Positions 17,201-33,800 of a stretch of DNA of 64,000 nt are shown here, one piece after another (the first letter of the stretch is position 1; every line of letters starts with the position of its first letter). The position numbers and the translations under genes were made by a program. This DNA comes from Eledone cirrhosa (taxonomy: Eukaryota): NCBI GenBank assembly GCA_964016885.1, contig OZ024756.1, positions 4,588,001-4,652,000 of the forward strand, written 5' to 3'. A model generated the notes under the pieces. The model was not told the DNA's origin. It saw only the letters and a program-made list of their open reading frames with translations, and did not search any database.

Positions 17201-20200
17201 ATTTACTGGAGATTTACTGGAGATTTACTGGAGATATACTGGAGATATACTGGAGATATCCTGGAGATATCCTGGAGATATCCTGGAGATATACTGAAGA
17301 TATCCTGGACATATCCTGGAGATATACTGGGGATATACTAGAGATATACTGAGATATACTGGAGATATACTGGAGATATACTGGAGATATACTGGAGATA
17401 TCCTGGAGATATCCTGGAGATATACTGGAGATATACTGGAGATATACTGTAGATGTAGTAGAGATATCCTGGAGATATACTGGAGATATACTGGAGATAT
17501 ACTGGAGATATACTGGAGATATACTGGAGATATACCGTAGATATACTGGAGATATACTGGAGATATACTGGAGATATACTGGAGATATACTGGAGATATA
17601 CTGGAGATATACTGGAGATATACTGGAGATATACTGGAGATATACTGAGATATACTGGGGATATACTTTAGATATACTGCAGATATACTGGAGATATACT
17701 GGAGATATACTGGAGATGTAGTAGAGATAAACTGGAGATAAACTGGAGATATACTGGAGATATACTGGAGATATACTGGAGATATACTGGAGATATACTG
17801 GAGATATACTGGAGATGTACTGGAGATATACTGGGGTTATACTGGAGATATACTGGAGATATACTGGAGATATACTGGAGATATACTGCAGATATACTGC
17901 ATATATACTGGAGTTATACTGGAGATATACTGGAGATATACTGGAGATATACTGGAGATATACTGAGATATACTGGGGATATACTTTAGATATACTTTAG
18001 ATATACTGCAGATATACTTGAGATATACTGGAGATATACTGGAGATTTACTGGAGATTTACTGGAGATTTACTGGAGATATACTGAAGATATCCTGGAGA
18101 TATCCTGGAGATATACTGGGGATATACTAGAGATATACTGAGATATACTGGAGATATACTGGAGATATACTGGAGATATACTGGAGATATACTGGAGATA
18201 TACTGGAGATATCCTGGAGATATACTGTAGATGTAGTAGAGATATCCTGGAGATATACTGGAGATATACTGGAGATATACTGGAGATATACTGGAGATAT
18301 ACTGGAGATATACTGGAGATATACTGGAGATGTAGTAGAGATAAACTGGAGATAAACTGGAGATATACTGGAAATATACTGGAGATATACTGAGATATAC
18401 TGGAGATATACCTTAGATATACTTTAGATATACTGCAGATATACTGGAGATATACTGGAGAGATACTGGAGATATCCTGGAGATATCCTGGAGATATACT
18501 GAAGATATCCTGGAAATATCCTGGAGATATACTGGGGATATACTAGAGATATACTGGAGATATACTGGGGATATACTAGAGATATACTGAGATATACTGG
18601 AGATTTACTGGAGATATACTGGAGATATACTGGATATATACTGGAGATATCCTGGAGATATCCTGGAGATACACTGGAGATATACTGGAGATATACTGGA
18701 GATATATTGTTGATATACTTAGATATACTGGAGATATACTGGAGATATACTGGATATATACTAGAGATATACTGGAGATATACTGGTTACATACTAGAGA
18801 TATACTGGAGATATCCTGGAGATACACTGGAGATATACTGGAGATATAATGGAGATATATTGTTGATATACTTAGATATACTGGAGATATACTGGAGATA
18901 TACTGGATATATACTAGATATATACTGGAGATATACTGGTTATATACTAGAGATATACTGGAGATATACTGGAGATATACTGGAGATATACTGGAGATAT
19001 ACTGGAGATATACTGGAGATATACTGGAGATATACTGTAGATATAGTGGAGATATACTGGGGATATACTGGAGATATACTGAGATATACTGTAGATATCC
19101 GAGAGATATACTGGAGATATACTGGAGATATACTGGAGATATACTGGAGATATACTGGAGATATACTGGGGATATAATGGAGATATACTGAGATATACTG
19201 TAGATATCCGAGAGATAAACTGGAGATATACTGGAGATATGCTGGAGATATACTGGTGATATACTGGAGATATCCTGGAGATATACTGGAGATATACTGG
19301 GGATATAATGGAGATATACTGAGATATACTTCAGATATCCGAGAGATATACTGGAGATATCCTGGAGATACACAGGAGATATACTGGAGATATCCTGGAG
19401 ATATACTGGAGATATACTGGAGATATACTGGGGTTATAATGGAGATATACTGAGATATACTGTAGATATCCGAGAGATATACTGGAGATATGCTGGAGAT
19501 ATACTGGAGATATACTGGAGATATACTGTAGATATCCTGGAGATATACTGGAGATATACTGGGGATATAATGGAGATATACTGAGATATACTGTAGATAT
19601 CCGAGAGATATACTGGAGATATACTGGAGATATACTGGAGATATACTGGAGATATACTGGAGATATACTGGAGATATACTGGAGATATACTGTAGATATA
19701 CTGGAGATATACTGGAGATATACTGGAGATATACTGGAGATATACTGGAGATATACTGGAGATATACTGGAGATATACTGGAGATATACTGGAGATATAC
19801 TGGAGATATACTGGGGATATACTGGAGATATACTGGAGATGTAGTAGAGATAAACTGGAGATAAACTGGAGATATACTGGAGATATACTGGAGATATACT
19901 GGAGATATACTGGAGATATACTGGAGATATACTGGAGATATACTGGAGATATACTGGAGATATACTGGGGATATACTGGAGATATACTGGAGATATACTG
20001 GAGATATACTGGAGATATACTGGAGATATACTGGAGATATACTGGAGATATACTGGGGATATACTGGAGATATACTGGAGATATACTGGAGATATACTGG
20101 AGATATGCTGCAGATATACTGCAGATATACTGCAGATATACTGGAGATATACTGGAGATATACTGAGATATACTGGGGATATACTTTAGATATACTTTAG

Positions 20201-23200
20201 ATATACTGCAGATATACTTGAGATATACTGGAGATATACTGGAGATTTACTGGAGATTTACTGGAGATTTACTGGAGATATACTGGAGATATACTGGAGA
20301 TATCCTGGAGATATCCTGGAGATATCCTGGAGATATACTGAAGATATCCTGGACATATCCTGGAGATATACTGGGGATATACTAGAGATATACTGAGATA
20401 TACTGGAGATATACTGGAGATATACTGGAGATATACTGGAGATATCCTGGAGATATCCTGGAGATATACTGGAGATATACTGGAGATATACTGTAGATGT
20501 AGTAGAGATATCCTGGAGATATACTGGAGATATACTGGAGATATACTGGAGATATACTGGAGATATACTGGAGATATACTGGAGATATACCGTAGATATA
20601 CTGGAGATATACTGGAGATATACTGGAGATATACTGGAGATATACTGGAGATATACTGGAGATATACTGGAGATATACTGGAGATATACTGGAGATATAC
20701 TGAGATATACTGGGGATATACTTTAGATATACTGCAGATATACTGGAGATATACTGGAGATATACTGGAGATGTAGTAGAGATAAACTGGAGATAAACTG
20801 GAGATATACTGGAGATATACTGGAGATATACTGGAGATATACTGGAGATATACTGGAGATATACTGGAGATGTACTGGAGATATACTGGGGTTATACTGG
20901 AGATATACTGGAGATATACTGGAGATATACTGGAGATATACTGCAGATATACTGCATATATACTGGAGTTATACTGGAGATATACTGGAGATATACTGGA
21001 GATATACTGGAGATATACTGAGATATACTGGGGATATACTTTAGATATACTTTAGATATACTGCAGATATACTTGAGATATACTGGAGATATACTGGAGA
21101 TATACTGGAGATTTACTGGAGATTTACTGGAGATTTACTGGAGATATACTGAAGATATCCTGGAGATATCCTGGAGATATACTGGGGATATACTAGAGAT
21201 ATACTGAGATATACTGGAGATATACTGGAGATATACTGGAGATATACTGGAGATATACTGGAGATATCCTGGAGATATACTGTAGATGTAGTAGAGATAT
21301 CCTGGAGATATACTGGAGATATACTGGAGATATACTGGAGATATACTGGAGATATACTGGAGATATACTGGAGATATACTGGAGATGTAGTAGAGATAAA
21401 CTGGAGATAAACTGGAGATATACTGGAAATATACTGGAGATATACTGAGATATACTGGAGATATACCTTAGATATACTTTAGATATACTGCAGATATACT
21501 GGAGATATACTGGAGAGATACTGGAGATATCCTGGAGATATCCTGGAGATATACTGAAGATATCCTGGAAATATCCTGGAGATATACTGGGGATATACTA
21601 GAGATATACTGGAGATATACTGGGGATATACTAGAGATATACTGAGATATACTGGAGATTTACTGGAGATATACTGGAGATATACTGGATATATACTGGA
21701 GATATCCTGGAGATATCCTGGAGATACACTGGAGATATACTGGAGATATACTGGAGATATATTGTTGATATACTTAGATATACTGGAGATATACTGGAGA
21801 TATACTGGATATATACTAGAGATATACTGGAGATATACTGGTTACATACTAGAGATATACTGGAGATATCCTGGAGATACACTGGAGATATACTGGAGAT
21901 ATAATGGAGATATATTGTTGATATACTTAGATATACTGGAGATATACTGGAGATATACTGGATATATACTAGATATATACTGGAGATATACTGGTTATAT
22001 ACTAGAGATATACTGGAGATATACTGGAGATATACTGGAGATATACTGGAGATATACTGGAGATATACTGGAGATATACTGGAGATATACTGTAGATATA
22101 GTGGAGATATACTGGGGATATACTGGAGATATACTGAGATATACTGTAGATATCCGAGAGATATACTGGAGATATACTGGAGATATACTGGAGATATACT
22201 GGAGATATACTGGAGATATACTGGGGATATAATGGAGATATACTGAGATATACTGTAGATATCCGAGAGATAAACTGGAGATATACTGGAGATATGCTGG
22301 AGATATACTGGTGATATACTGGAGATATCCTGGAGATATACTGGAGATATACTGGGGATATAATGGAGATATACTGAGATATACTTCAGATATCCGAGAG
22401 ATATACTGGAGATATCCTGGAGATACACAGGAGATATACTGGAGATATCCTGGAGATATACTGGAGATATACTGGGGTTATAATGGAGATATACTGAGAT
22501 ATACTGTAGATATCCGAGAGATATACTGGAGATATGCTGGAGATATACTGGAGATATACTGGAGATATACTGTAGATATCCTGGAGATATACTGGAGATA
22601 TACTGGGGATATAATGGAGATATACTGAGATATACTGTAGATATCCGAGAGATATACTGGAGATATACTGGAGATATACTGGAGATATACTGGAGATATA
22701 CTGGAGATATACTGGAGATATACTGGAGATATACTGTAGATATACTGGAGATATACTGGAGATATACTGTAGATATACTGGAGATATACTGGAGATATAC
22801 TGGAGATATACTGGAGATATACTGAGATATACTGGGTATATACTTTAGAGATACTGCAGATATACTGGAGATATACTGGAGATATACTGGAGATGTAGTA
22901 GAGATAAACTGGAGATAAACTGGAGATATACTGGAGATATGCTGGAGATATACTGGAGATATACTGGAGATATACTGGAGATATACTGGAGATATACTGG
23001 AGATATACTGGAGATATACTGGAGATATACTGGGGATATACTGGAGATATACTGGAGATATACTGGAGATATACTGGAGATATACTGGAGATATACTGGA
23101 GATATACTGAGATATACTGGGGATATACTTTAGATATACTTTAGATATACTGCAGATATACTTGAGATATACTGGAGATATATTGGAGATTTACTGGAGA

Positions 23201-25400
23201 TTTACTGGAGATATACTGGAGATATACTGGAGATATCCTGGAGATATCCTGGAGATATACTGAAGATATCCTGGAGATATCCTGGAGATATACTGGGGAT
23301 ATACTAGAGATATACTGAGATATACTGGGGATATACTGGAGATATACTGGAGATTTCCTGGAGATATCCTGGAGATATACTGGAGATATATTGTAGATGT
23401 AGTAGAGATATCCTGGAGATATACTGGAGATATACTGGAGATATACTGGAGACATACTGGAGATATACTGGAGATATACTGGAGATGTAGTAGAGATAAA
23501 CTGGAGATATACTGGAAATATACTGGAGATATACTGAGATATACTGGAGATATACCTTAGATAAACCTTAGATATACCTTAGATATACTTCAGATTTACT
23601 GGAGATATACTGGAGATATACTGGAGATATCCTGGAGATATCCTGGAGATATACTGAAGATATCCTGGAGATATCCTGGAGATATACTGGGGATATACTA
23701 GAGATATACTGGAGATATACTGGGGATATACTAGAGATATACTGAGATATACTGGAGATTTACTGGAGATATACTGGAGATATACTGGAGATATACTGGA
23801 GATATCCTGGAGATATCCTGGAGATACACTGGAGATATACTGGAGATATACTGGAGATATATTGTTGATATACTTAGATATACTGGAGATATACTGGAGA
23901 TATACTGGATATATACTAGAGATATACTGGAGATATACTGGTTATATACTAATGATATACTGGAGATATACTGGAGATATACTGGAGATATACCTGAGAT
24001 ATACTGGAGATATACTGGAGATATACTGGAGATATACTGGAGATAAACTGGAGATATACTGGAGATAAACTCGTGATATACTGGAGATATACTGGAGATA
24101 TGCTGGTGATATACTGGAGATATGCTGGGGTTATGCTGGAGATATACTGGAGATATACTGGAGATATTCTGGAGATATAATGAGATATAATGAGATATAC
24201 TGAGATATACTGAGACATACTGGAGATATACTGGAGATATACTGGAAATATACTGGAGATATACTGCAGATATACTGGAGATATCCTGGAGATACACTGG
24301 AGATATACTGGAGATATACTGGAGATATATTGTTGATATACTTAGATATACTGGAGATATACTGGAGATATACTAGAGATATACTGGAGATATACTGGTT
24401 ATATACTAGAGATATACTGGAGATATACTGGAGATATACTGGAGATATACTGGAGATATACTGGAGATATACTGGAGATATACTGGAGATATGCTGGAGA
24501 TATCCTGGAGATATACTGTAGATATACTGGAGATATACTGGGGATATACTGGAGATATACTGAGATATACTGTAGATATCCGAGAGATAAACTGGAGATA
24601 TACTGGAGATATGCTGGAGATATACTGGTGATATACTGGAGATATCCTGGAGATATACTGGGGATATAATGGAGATATACTGAGATATACTTTAGATATC
24701 CGAGAGATATACTGGAGATATCCTGGAGATATACAGGAGATATACTGGAGATATCCTGGAGATATACTGGAGATATACTGGAGATATACTGGGGATATAA
24801 TGGAGATATACTGAGACATACTGTAGATATCCGAGAGATATACTGGAGATATGCTGGAGATATACTGGAGATATGCTGGAGATATACTGGAGATATACTG
24901 GAGATATACTGGAGATATCCTGGAGATATACTGGAGATATAATGGAGATATACTGGAGATATACTGGAGATATACTGTAGATATACTGGAGATATACTGG
25001 AGATATACTGGAGATATACTGGTGATATACTGGAGATATACTGGAGATATACTGAGATATACTGGGGATATACTTTAGATATACTGCAGATATACTGGAG
25101 ATATACTGGAGATGTAGTAGAGATAAACTGGAGATAAACTGGAGATATACTGGAGTTATACTGGAGATATACTGGAGATATACTGGAGATATACTGGAGA
25201 TATACTGTAGATGTAGTAGAGATATCCTGGAGATATACTGGAGATATACTGGAGATATACTGGAGATATACTGGAGATATACTGGAGATGTAGTAGAGAT
25301 AAACTGGAGATATACTGGAAATATACTGGAGATATACTGAGATATACTGGAGATATACCTTAGATATACTTTAGATATACTTTAGATATACTGGAGATAT
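5060..25400 (+). repeat. Three tandem copies of a 5.6-5.85 kb higher-order repeat (about 5060-10760, 10760-16600 and 16600-25400; the third carries a nested duplication)
   Basis: AGAGATACTG at 6971/12606/18459 and ACTGGGTATA at 8321/13956/22831. Identical ORF translations recur at offset 5635 (7219/12854, 8631/14266, 9069/14704). Confidence 0.88.
16770..22880 (+). repeat. Tandem duplication, period 3055 bp, junction near 19825
   Basis: GTAGTAG at 16786/19841, CCGTAG at 17535/20590 and AGAGATACTG at 18459/21514. ORF translations are identical at 17815/20870 and 18576/21631. Confidence 0.88.
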
Positions 25401-28079
25401 ACTGGAGATATACTGGAGATTTACTGGAGATATACTGGAGATATACTGGAGAAATCCTGGCGATATCCTGGAGATATACTGAAGATATCCTGGAGATATC
25501 CTGGAGATATACTGGGGATATACTAGAGATATACTGGAGATATACTGGGGATATACTAGAGATATACTGAGATATACTGGAGATTTACTGGAGATATACT
25601 GGAGATATACTGGATATATACTGGAGATATCCTGGAGATATCCTGGAGATACACTGGAGATATACTGGAGATATACTGGAGATATATTGTTGATATACTT
25701 AGATATACTGGAGATATGCTGGAGATATACTGGATATATACTAGAGATATACTGGAGATATACTGGAGATATACTGGAGATATACTGGAGATATACTGGA
25801 GATATGCTGGAGATATGCTGGAGATATCCTGGAGATATACTGTAGATATACTGGAGATATAGTGGGGATATACTGGAGATATACTGAGATATACTGTAGA
25901 TATACTGGAGATATACTGGAGATATACTGGAGATATACTGGAGATATACTGGGGATATAATGGAGATATACTGAGATATACTGTAGATATCCGAGAGATA
26001 AACTGGAGATATACTGGAGATATGCTGGAGATATACTGGTGATATACTGGAGATATCCTGGAGATATACTGGAGATATGCTGGAGATATACTGGTGATAT
26101 ACTGGAGATATCCTGGAGATATACTGGAGATAAACTGGGGATATAATGGAGATATACTGAGATATACTTCAGATATCAGAGAGATATACTGGAGATATCC
26201 TGGAGATATACTGGAGATATCCTGGAGATATACTGTAGATATACTGGAGATATACTGGGGATATACTGGAGATATACTGAGATATACTGTAGATATCCGA
26301 GAGATATACTGGAGATAAACTGGAGATATACTGGAGATATACTGGAGATATACTGGAGATATACTGGAGATATACTGGGGATATAATGGAGATATACTGA
26401 GATATACTGTAGATATCCGAGAGATAAACTGGAGATATACTGGAGATATGCTGGAGATATACTGGTGATATACTGGAGATATCCTGGAGATATACTGGAG
26501 ATATACTGGGGATATAATGGAGATATACTGAGATATACTTCAGATATCCGAGAGATATACTGGAGATATCCTGGAGATATACAGGAGATATACTGGAGAT
26601 ATCCTGGAGATATACTGGAGATATACTGGAGATATCCTGGAGATATACTGGAGATATACTGGAGATATACTTGGGATATAATGGAGATATACTGAGATAT
26701 ACTGTAGATATCCGAGAGATATACTGGAGATATGCTGGAGATATACTGGAGATATACTGGAGATATACTGGAGATATACTGGAGATATACTGGAGATATA
26801 CTGGGGATATAATGGAGATATACTGAGATATACTGTAGATATCCGAGAGATATACTGGAGATATACTGGAGATATACTGGAGATATACTGGAGATATACT
26901 GGAGATATACTGTAGATATACTGGAGATATACTGGAGATATACTGGAGATATACTGGAGATATACTGGAGATATACTGGAGATATACTGGAGATATACTG
27001 GAGATATACTGGAGATATACTGGAGATATACTGAGATATACTGGGGATATACTTTAGATATACTGCAGATATACTGGAGATATACTTGAGATATGCTGGA
27101 GATGTAGTAGAGATAAACTGGATATAAACTGGAGATATACTGGAGATATACTGGAGATATACTGGAGATATACTGGAGATATACTGGAGATATACTGGAG
27201 ATATACTGGAGATATACTGGAGATATACTGGGGATATACTGGAGATATACTGGAGATAAACTGGAGATCTACTGGAGATAAACTCGTGATATACTGGAGA
27301 TATACTGGAGATATGCTGGTGATATACTGGAGATATGCTGGGGTTATGCTGGAGATATACTGGAGATATTCTGGAGATATTCTGGAGATATAATGAGATA
27401 TAATGAGATATACTGAGATATACTGAGACATACTGGAGATATACTGGAGATATACTGGAAATATACTGGAGATATACTGCAGATATACTGGAGATATCCT
27501 GGAGATACACTGGAGATATACTGGAGATATACTGGAGATATATTGTTGATATACTTAGATATACTGGAGATATACTGGAGATATACTAGAGATATACTGG
27601 AGATATACTGGTTATATACTAGAGATATACTGGAGATATACTGGAGATATACTGGAGATATACTGGAGATATACTGGAGATATACTGGAGATATACTGGA
27701 GATATACTGGAGATATACTGGAGATATGCTGGAGATATCCTGGAGATATACTGTAGATATACTGGAGATATACTGGGGATATACTGGAGATATACTGAGA
27801 TATACTGTAGATATCCGAGAGATAAACTGGAGATATACTGGAGATATGCTGGAGATGTACTGGTGATATACTGGAGATATCCTGGAGATATACTGGAGAT
27901 ATACTGGGGATATAATGGAGATATACTGAGATATACTTTAGATATCCGAGAGATATACTGGAGATATCCTGGAGATATACAGGAGATATACTGGAGATAT
28001 CCTGGAGATATACTGGAGATATACTGGAGATATACTGGGGATATAATGGAGATATACTGAGACATACTGTAGATATCCG

Positions 28080-30850
28080 AGAGATATACTGGAGATATGC
28101 TGGAGATATACTGGAGATATACTGGAGATATACTGGAGATATCCTGGAGATATACTGGAGATATACTGGAGATATACTGGGGATATAATGGAGATATACT
28201 GGAGATATACTGGAGATATACTGTAGATATAATGGAGATATACTGGAGATATACTGGAGATATACTGGAGATATACTGGAGATATACTGGAGATATACTG
28301 AGATATACTGGGGATATACTTTAGATATACTGCAGATATACTGGAGATATACTGGAGATGTAGTAGAGATAAACTGGAGATAAACTGGAGATATACTGGA
28401 GATATACTGGAGATATACTGGAGATATACTGGAGATATACTGGAGATATACTGGAGATATACTGGAGATATACTGGGGATATACTGGAGATATACTGGGG
28501 ATATACTGGAGATATACTGGAGATATACTGGAGATATACTGGAGATATACTGGAGATATACTGGAGATATACTGGAGATATACTGGAGATATACTGGAGA
28601 TATACTGGAGATATACTGAGATATACTGGGGATATACTTTAGATATACTTTAGATATACTGCAGATATACTTGAGATATACTGGAGATATACTGGAGATT
28701 TACTGGAGATTTACTGGAGATATACTGGAGATATACTTGAGATATCCTGGAGATATCCTGGAGATATCCTGGAGATATACTGAAGATATCCTGGAGATAT
28801 CCTGGAGATATACTGGGGATATACTAGAGATATACGGAGATATACTGGAGATATACTGGAGATATACTGGAGATATACTGGAGATATCCTGGAGATATCC
28901 TGGAGATATACTGGAGATATACTGGAGATATACTGGAAATATACTGGAGATATACTGAGATATACTGGAGATATACCTTAGATATACTTTAGATATACTT
29001 TAGATATACTGGAGATATACTGGAGATATACTGGAGATTTACTGGAGATATACTGGAGATATACTGTAGATATACTGGAGATATACTGGAGATATACTGG
29101 AGATATACTGGAGATATACTGGAGATATACTGGAGATATACTGGAGATATACTGGAGATATACTGGAGATATACTGGAGATATACTGAGATATACTGGGG
29201 ATATACTTTAGATATACTGCAGATATACTGGAGATATACTTGAGATATACTGGAGATGTAGTAGAGATAAACTGGATATAAACTGGAGATATACTGGAGA
29301 TATACTGGAGATATACTGGAGATATACTGGAGATATACTGGAGATATACTGGAGATATACTGGAGATATACTGGGGATATACTGGAGATATACTGGAGAT
29401 AAACTGGAGATATACTGGAGATAAACTCGTGATATACTAGAGATATACTGGAGATATGCTGGTGATATACTGGAGATATGCTGGGGTTATGCTGGAGATA
29501 TACTGGAGATATTCTGGAGATATTCTGGAGATATAATGAGATATAATGAGATATACTGAGATATACTGAGACATACTGGAGATATACTGGAGATATACTG
29601 GAAATATACTGGAGATATACTGCAGATATACTGGAGATATCCTGGAGATACACTGGAGATATACTGGAGATATACTGGAGATATATTGTTGATATACTTA
29701 GATATACTGGAGATATACTGGAGATATACTAGAGATATACTGGAGATATCCTGGAGATATACAGGAGATATACTGGAGATATCCTGGAGATATACTGGAG
29801 ATATACTGGAGATATACTGGGGATATAATGGAGATATACTGAGACATACTGTAGATATCCGAGAGATATACTGGAGATATGCTGGAGATATACTGGAGAT
29901 ATACTGGAGATATACTGGAGATATCCTGGAGATATACTGGAGATATACTGGAGATATACTGGGGATATAATGGAGATATAATGGAGATATACTGGAGATA
30001 TACTGGAGATATACTGTAGATATACTGGAGATATACTGGAGATATACTGGAGATATACTGGAGATATACTGGAGATATACTGGAGATATACTGAGATATA
30101 CTGGGGATATACTTTAGATATACTGCAGATATACTGGAGATATACTGGAGATGTAGTAGAGATAAACTGGAGATAAACTGGAGATATACTGGAGATATAC
30201 TGGAGATATACTGGAGATATACTGGAGATATACTGGAGATATACTGGAGATATACTGGAGATATACTGGGGATATACTGGAGATATACTGGAGATATACT
30301 GGAGATATACTGGAGATATACTGGAGATATACTGGAGATATACTGGAGATATACTGGAGATATACTGGAGATATACTGGAGATATACTGGAGATATACTG
30401 GAGATATACAGGAGATATACTGAGATATACTGGGGATATACTTTAGATATACTTTAGATATACTGCAGATATACTTGAGATATACTGGAGATATACTGGA
30501 GATTTACTGGAGATTTACTGGAGATATACTGGAGATATACTTGAGATATCCTGGAGATATCCTGGAGATATCCTGGAGATATACTGAAGATATCCTGGAG
30601 ATATCCTGGAGATATACTGGGGATATACTAGAGATATACGGAGATATACTGGAGATATACTGGAGATATACTGGAGATATACTGGAGATATCCTGGAGAT
30701 ATCCTGGAGATATACTGGAGATATACTGGAGATATACTGGAAATATACTGGAGATATACTGAGATATACTGGAGATATACCTTAGATATACTTTAGATAT
30801 ACTTTAGATATACTGGAGATATACTGGAGATATACTGGAGATTTACTGGA
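28080..30850 (+). repeat. Duplicated block of about 1 kb, offset about 1804 bp
   Basis: TATACGGAGA at 28831/30635; identical 95-aa ORF translations at 28671/30475. Boundaries are approximate. Confidence 0.75.
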
Positions 30851-33800
30851 GATATACTGGAGATATACTGGAGATATCCTGGAGATATCCTGGAGATATA
30901 CTGAAGATATCCTGGAGATATCCTGGAGATATACTGGGGCTATACTAGAGATATACTGGAGATATACTGGGGATATACTAGAGATATACTGAGATATACT
31001 GGAGATTTACTGGAGATATACTGGAGATATACTGGATATATACTGGAGATATCCTGGAGATATCCTGGAGATACACTGGAGATATACTGGAGATATACTG
31101 GAGATATATTGTTGATATACTTAGATATACTGGAGATATGCTGGAGATATACTGGATATATACTAGAGATATACTAGAGATATACTGGTTACATACTAGA
31201 GATATACTGGAGATATCCTGGAGATACACTGGAGATATACTGGAGATATACTGGAGATATATTGTTGATATACTTAGATATACTGGAGATATACTGGAGA
31301 TATACTGGATATATACTAGAGATATACTGGAGATATACTGGAGATATACTGGAGATATACTGGAGATATACTGGAGATATGCTGGAGATATGCTGGAGAT
31401 ATCCTGGAGATATACTGTAGATATACTGGAGATATAGTGGGGATATACTGGAGATATACTGAGATATACTGTAGATATACTGGAGATATACTGGAGATAT
31501 ACTGGAGATATACTGGAGATATACTGGGGATATAATGGAGATATACTGAGATATACTGTAGATATCCGAGAGATAAACTGGAGATATACTGGAGATATAC
31601 TGGAGATATACTGGTGATATACTGGAGATATCCTGGAGATATACTGGAGATATACTGGGGATATAATGGAGATATACTGAGATATACTTCAGATATCAGA
31701 GAGATATACTGGAGATATCCTGGAGATATACAGGAGATATACTGGAGATATCCTGGAGATATACTGGAGATATCCTGGAGATATACTGTAGATATACTGG
31801 AGATATACTGGGGATATACTGCAGATATACTGAGATATACTGTAGATATCCGAGAGATATACTGGAGATAAACTGGAGATATACTGGAGATATACTGGAG
31901 ATATACTGGAGATATACTGGAGATATACTGGGGATATAATGGAGATATACTGAGATATACTGTAGATATCCGAGAGATAAACTGGAGATATACTGGAGAT
32001 ATGCTGGAGATATACTGGTGATATACTGGAGATATCCTGGAGATATACTGGAGATATACTGGGGATATAATGGAGATATACTGAGATATACTTCAGATAT
32101 CCGAGAGATATACTGGAGATATCCTGGAGATATACAGGAGATATACTGGAGATATCCTGGAGATATACTGGAGATATACTGGAGATATACTTGGGATATA
32201 ATGGAGATATACTGAGATATACTGTAGATATCCGAGAGATATACTGGAGATATGCTGGAGATATACTGGAGATATACTGGAGATATACTGGAGATATACT
32301 GGAGATATACTGGAGATATACTGGGGATATAATGGAGATATACTGAGATATACTGTAGATATCCGAGAGATATACTGGAGATATACTGGAGATATACTGG
32401 AGATATACTGGAGATATACTGTAGATATACTGGAGATATACTGGAGATATACTGGAGATATACTGGAGATATACTGGAGATATACTGGAGATATACTGGA
32501 GATATACTGGAGATATACTGAGATATACTGGGGATATACTTTAGATATACTGCAGATATACTGGAGATATACTGGAGATATACTGGAGATGTAGTAGAGA
32601 TAAACTGGATATAAACTGGAGATATACTGGAGATATACTGGAGATATACTGGAGATATACTGGAGATATACTGGAGATATACTGGAGATATACTGGAGAT
32701 ATACTGGAGATATACTGGAGATAAACTGGAGATATACTGGAGATAAACTCGTGATATACTGGAGATATACTGGAGATATGCTGGGGTTATGCTGGAGATA
32801 TACTGGAGATATTCTGGAGATATTCTGGAGATATAATGAGATATAATGAGATATACTGAGATATACTGAGACATACTGGAGATATACTGGAGATATACTG
32901 GAAATATACTGGAGATATACTGCAGATATACTGGAGATATCCTGGAGATACACTGGAGATATACTGGAGATATACTGGAGATATATTGTTGATATACTTA
33001 GATATACTGGAGATATACTGGAGATATACTAGAGATATACTGGAGATATACTGGTTATATACTAGAGATATACTGGAGATATACTGGAGATATACTGGAG
33101 ATATACTGGAGATATACTGGAGATATGCTGGAGATATCCTGGAGATATACTGTAGATATACTGGAGATATACTGGGGATATACTGGAGATATACTGAGAT
33201 ATACTGTAGATATCCGAGAGATAAACTGGAGATATACTGCAGATATACTGGAGATATACTGGAGATGTAGTAGAGATAAACTGGAGATAAACTGGAGATA
33301 TACTGGAGATATACTGGAGATATACTGGAGATATACTGGAGATATACTGGAGATATACTGGAGATATACTGGAGATATACTGGGGATATACTGGAGATAT
33401 ACTGGAGATATACTGGAGATATACTGCAGATATACTGGAGATATACTGCAGATATACTGGAGATATACTGGAGATATACTGGAGATATACTGGAGATATA
33501 CTGGAGATATACTGGAGACATACTGAGATATACTGGGGATATACTTTAGATATACTTTAGATATACTGCAGATATACTTGAGATATACTGGAGATATACT
33601 GGAGATTTACTGGAGATTTACTGGAGATATACTGGAGATATACTTGAGATATCCTGGAGATATCCTGGAGATATCCTGGAGATATCCTGGAGATATCCTG
33701 GAGATATACTGGGGATATACTAGAGATATACGGAGATATACTGGAGATATACTGGAGATATACTGGAGATATACTGGAGATATCCTGGAGATATCCTGGA

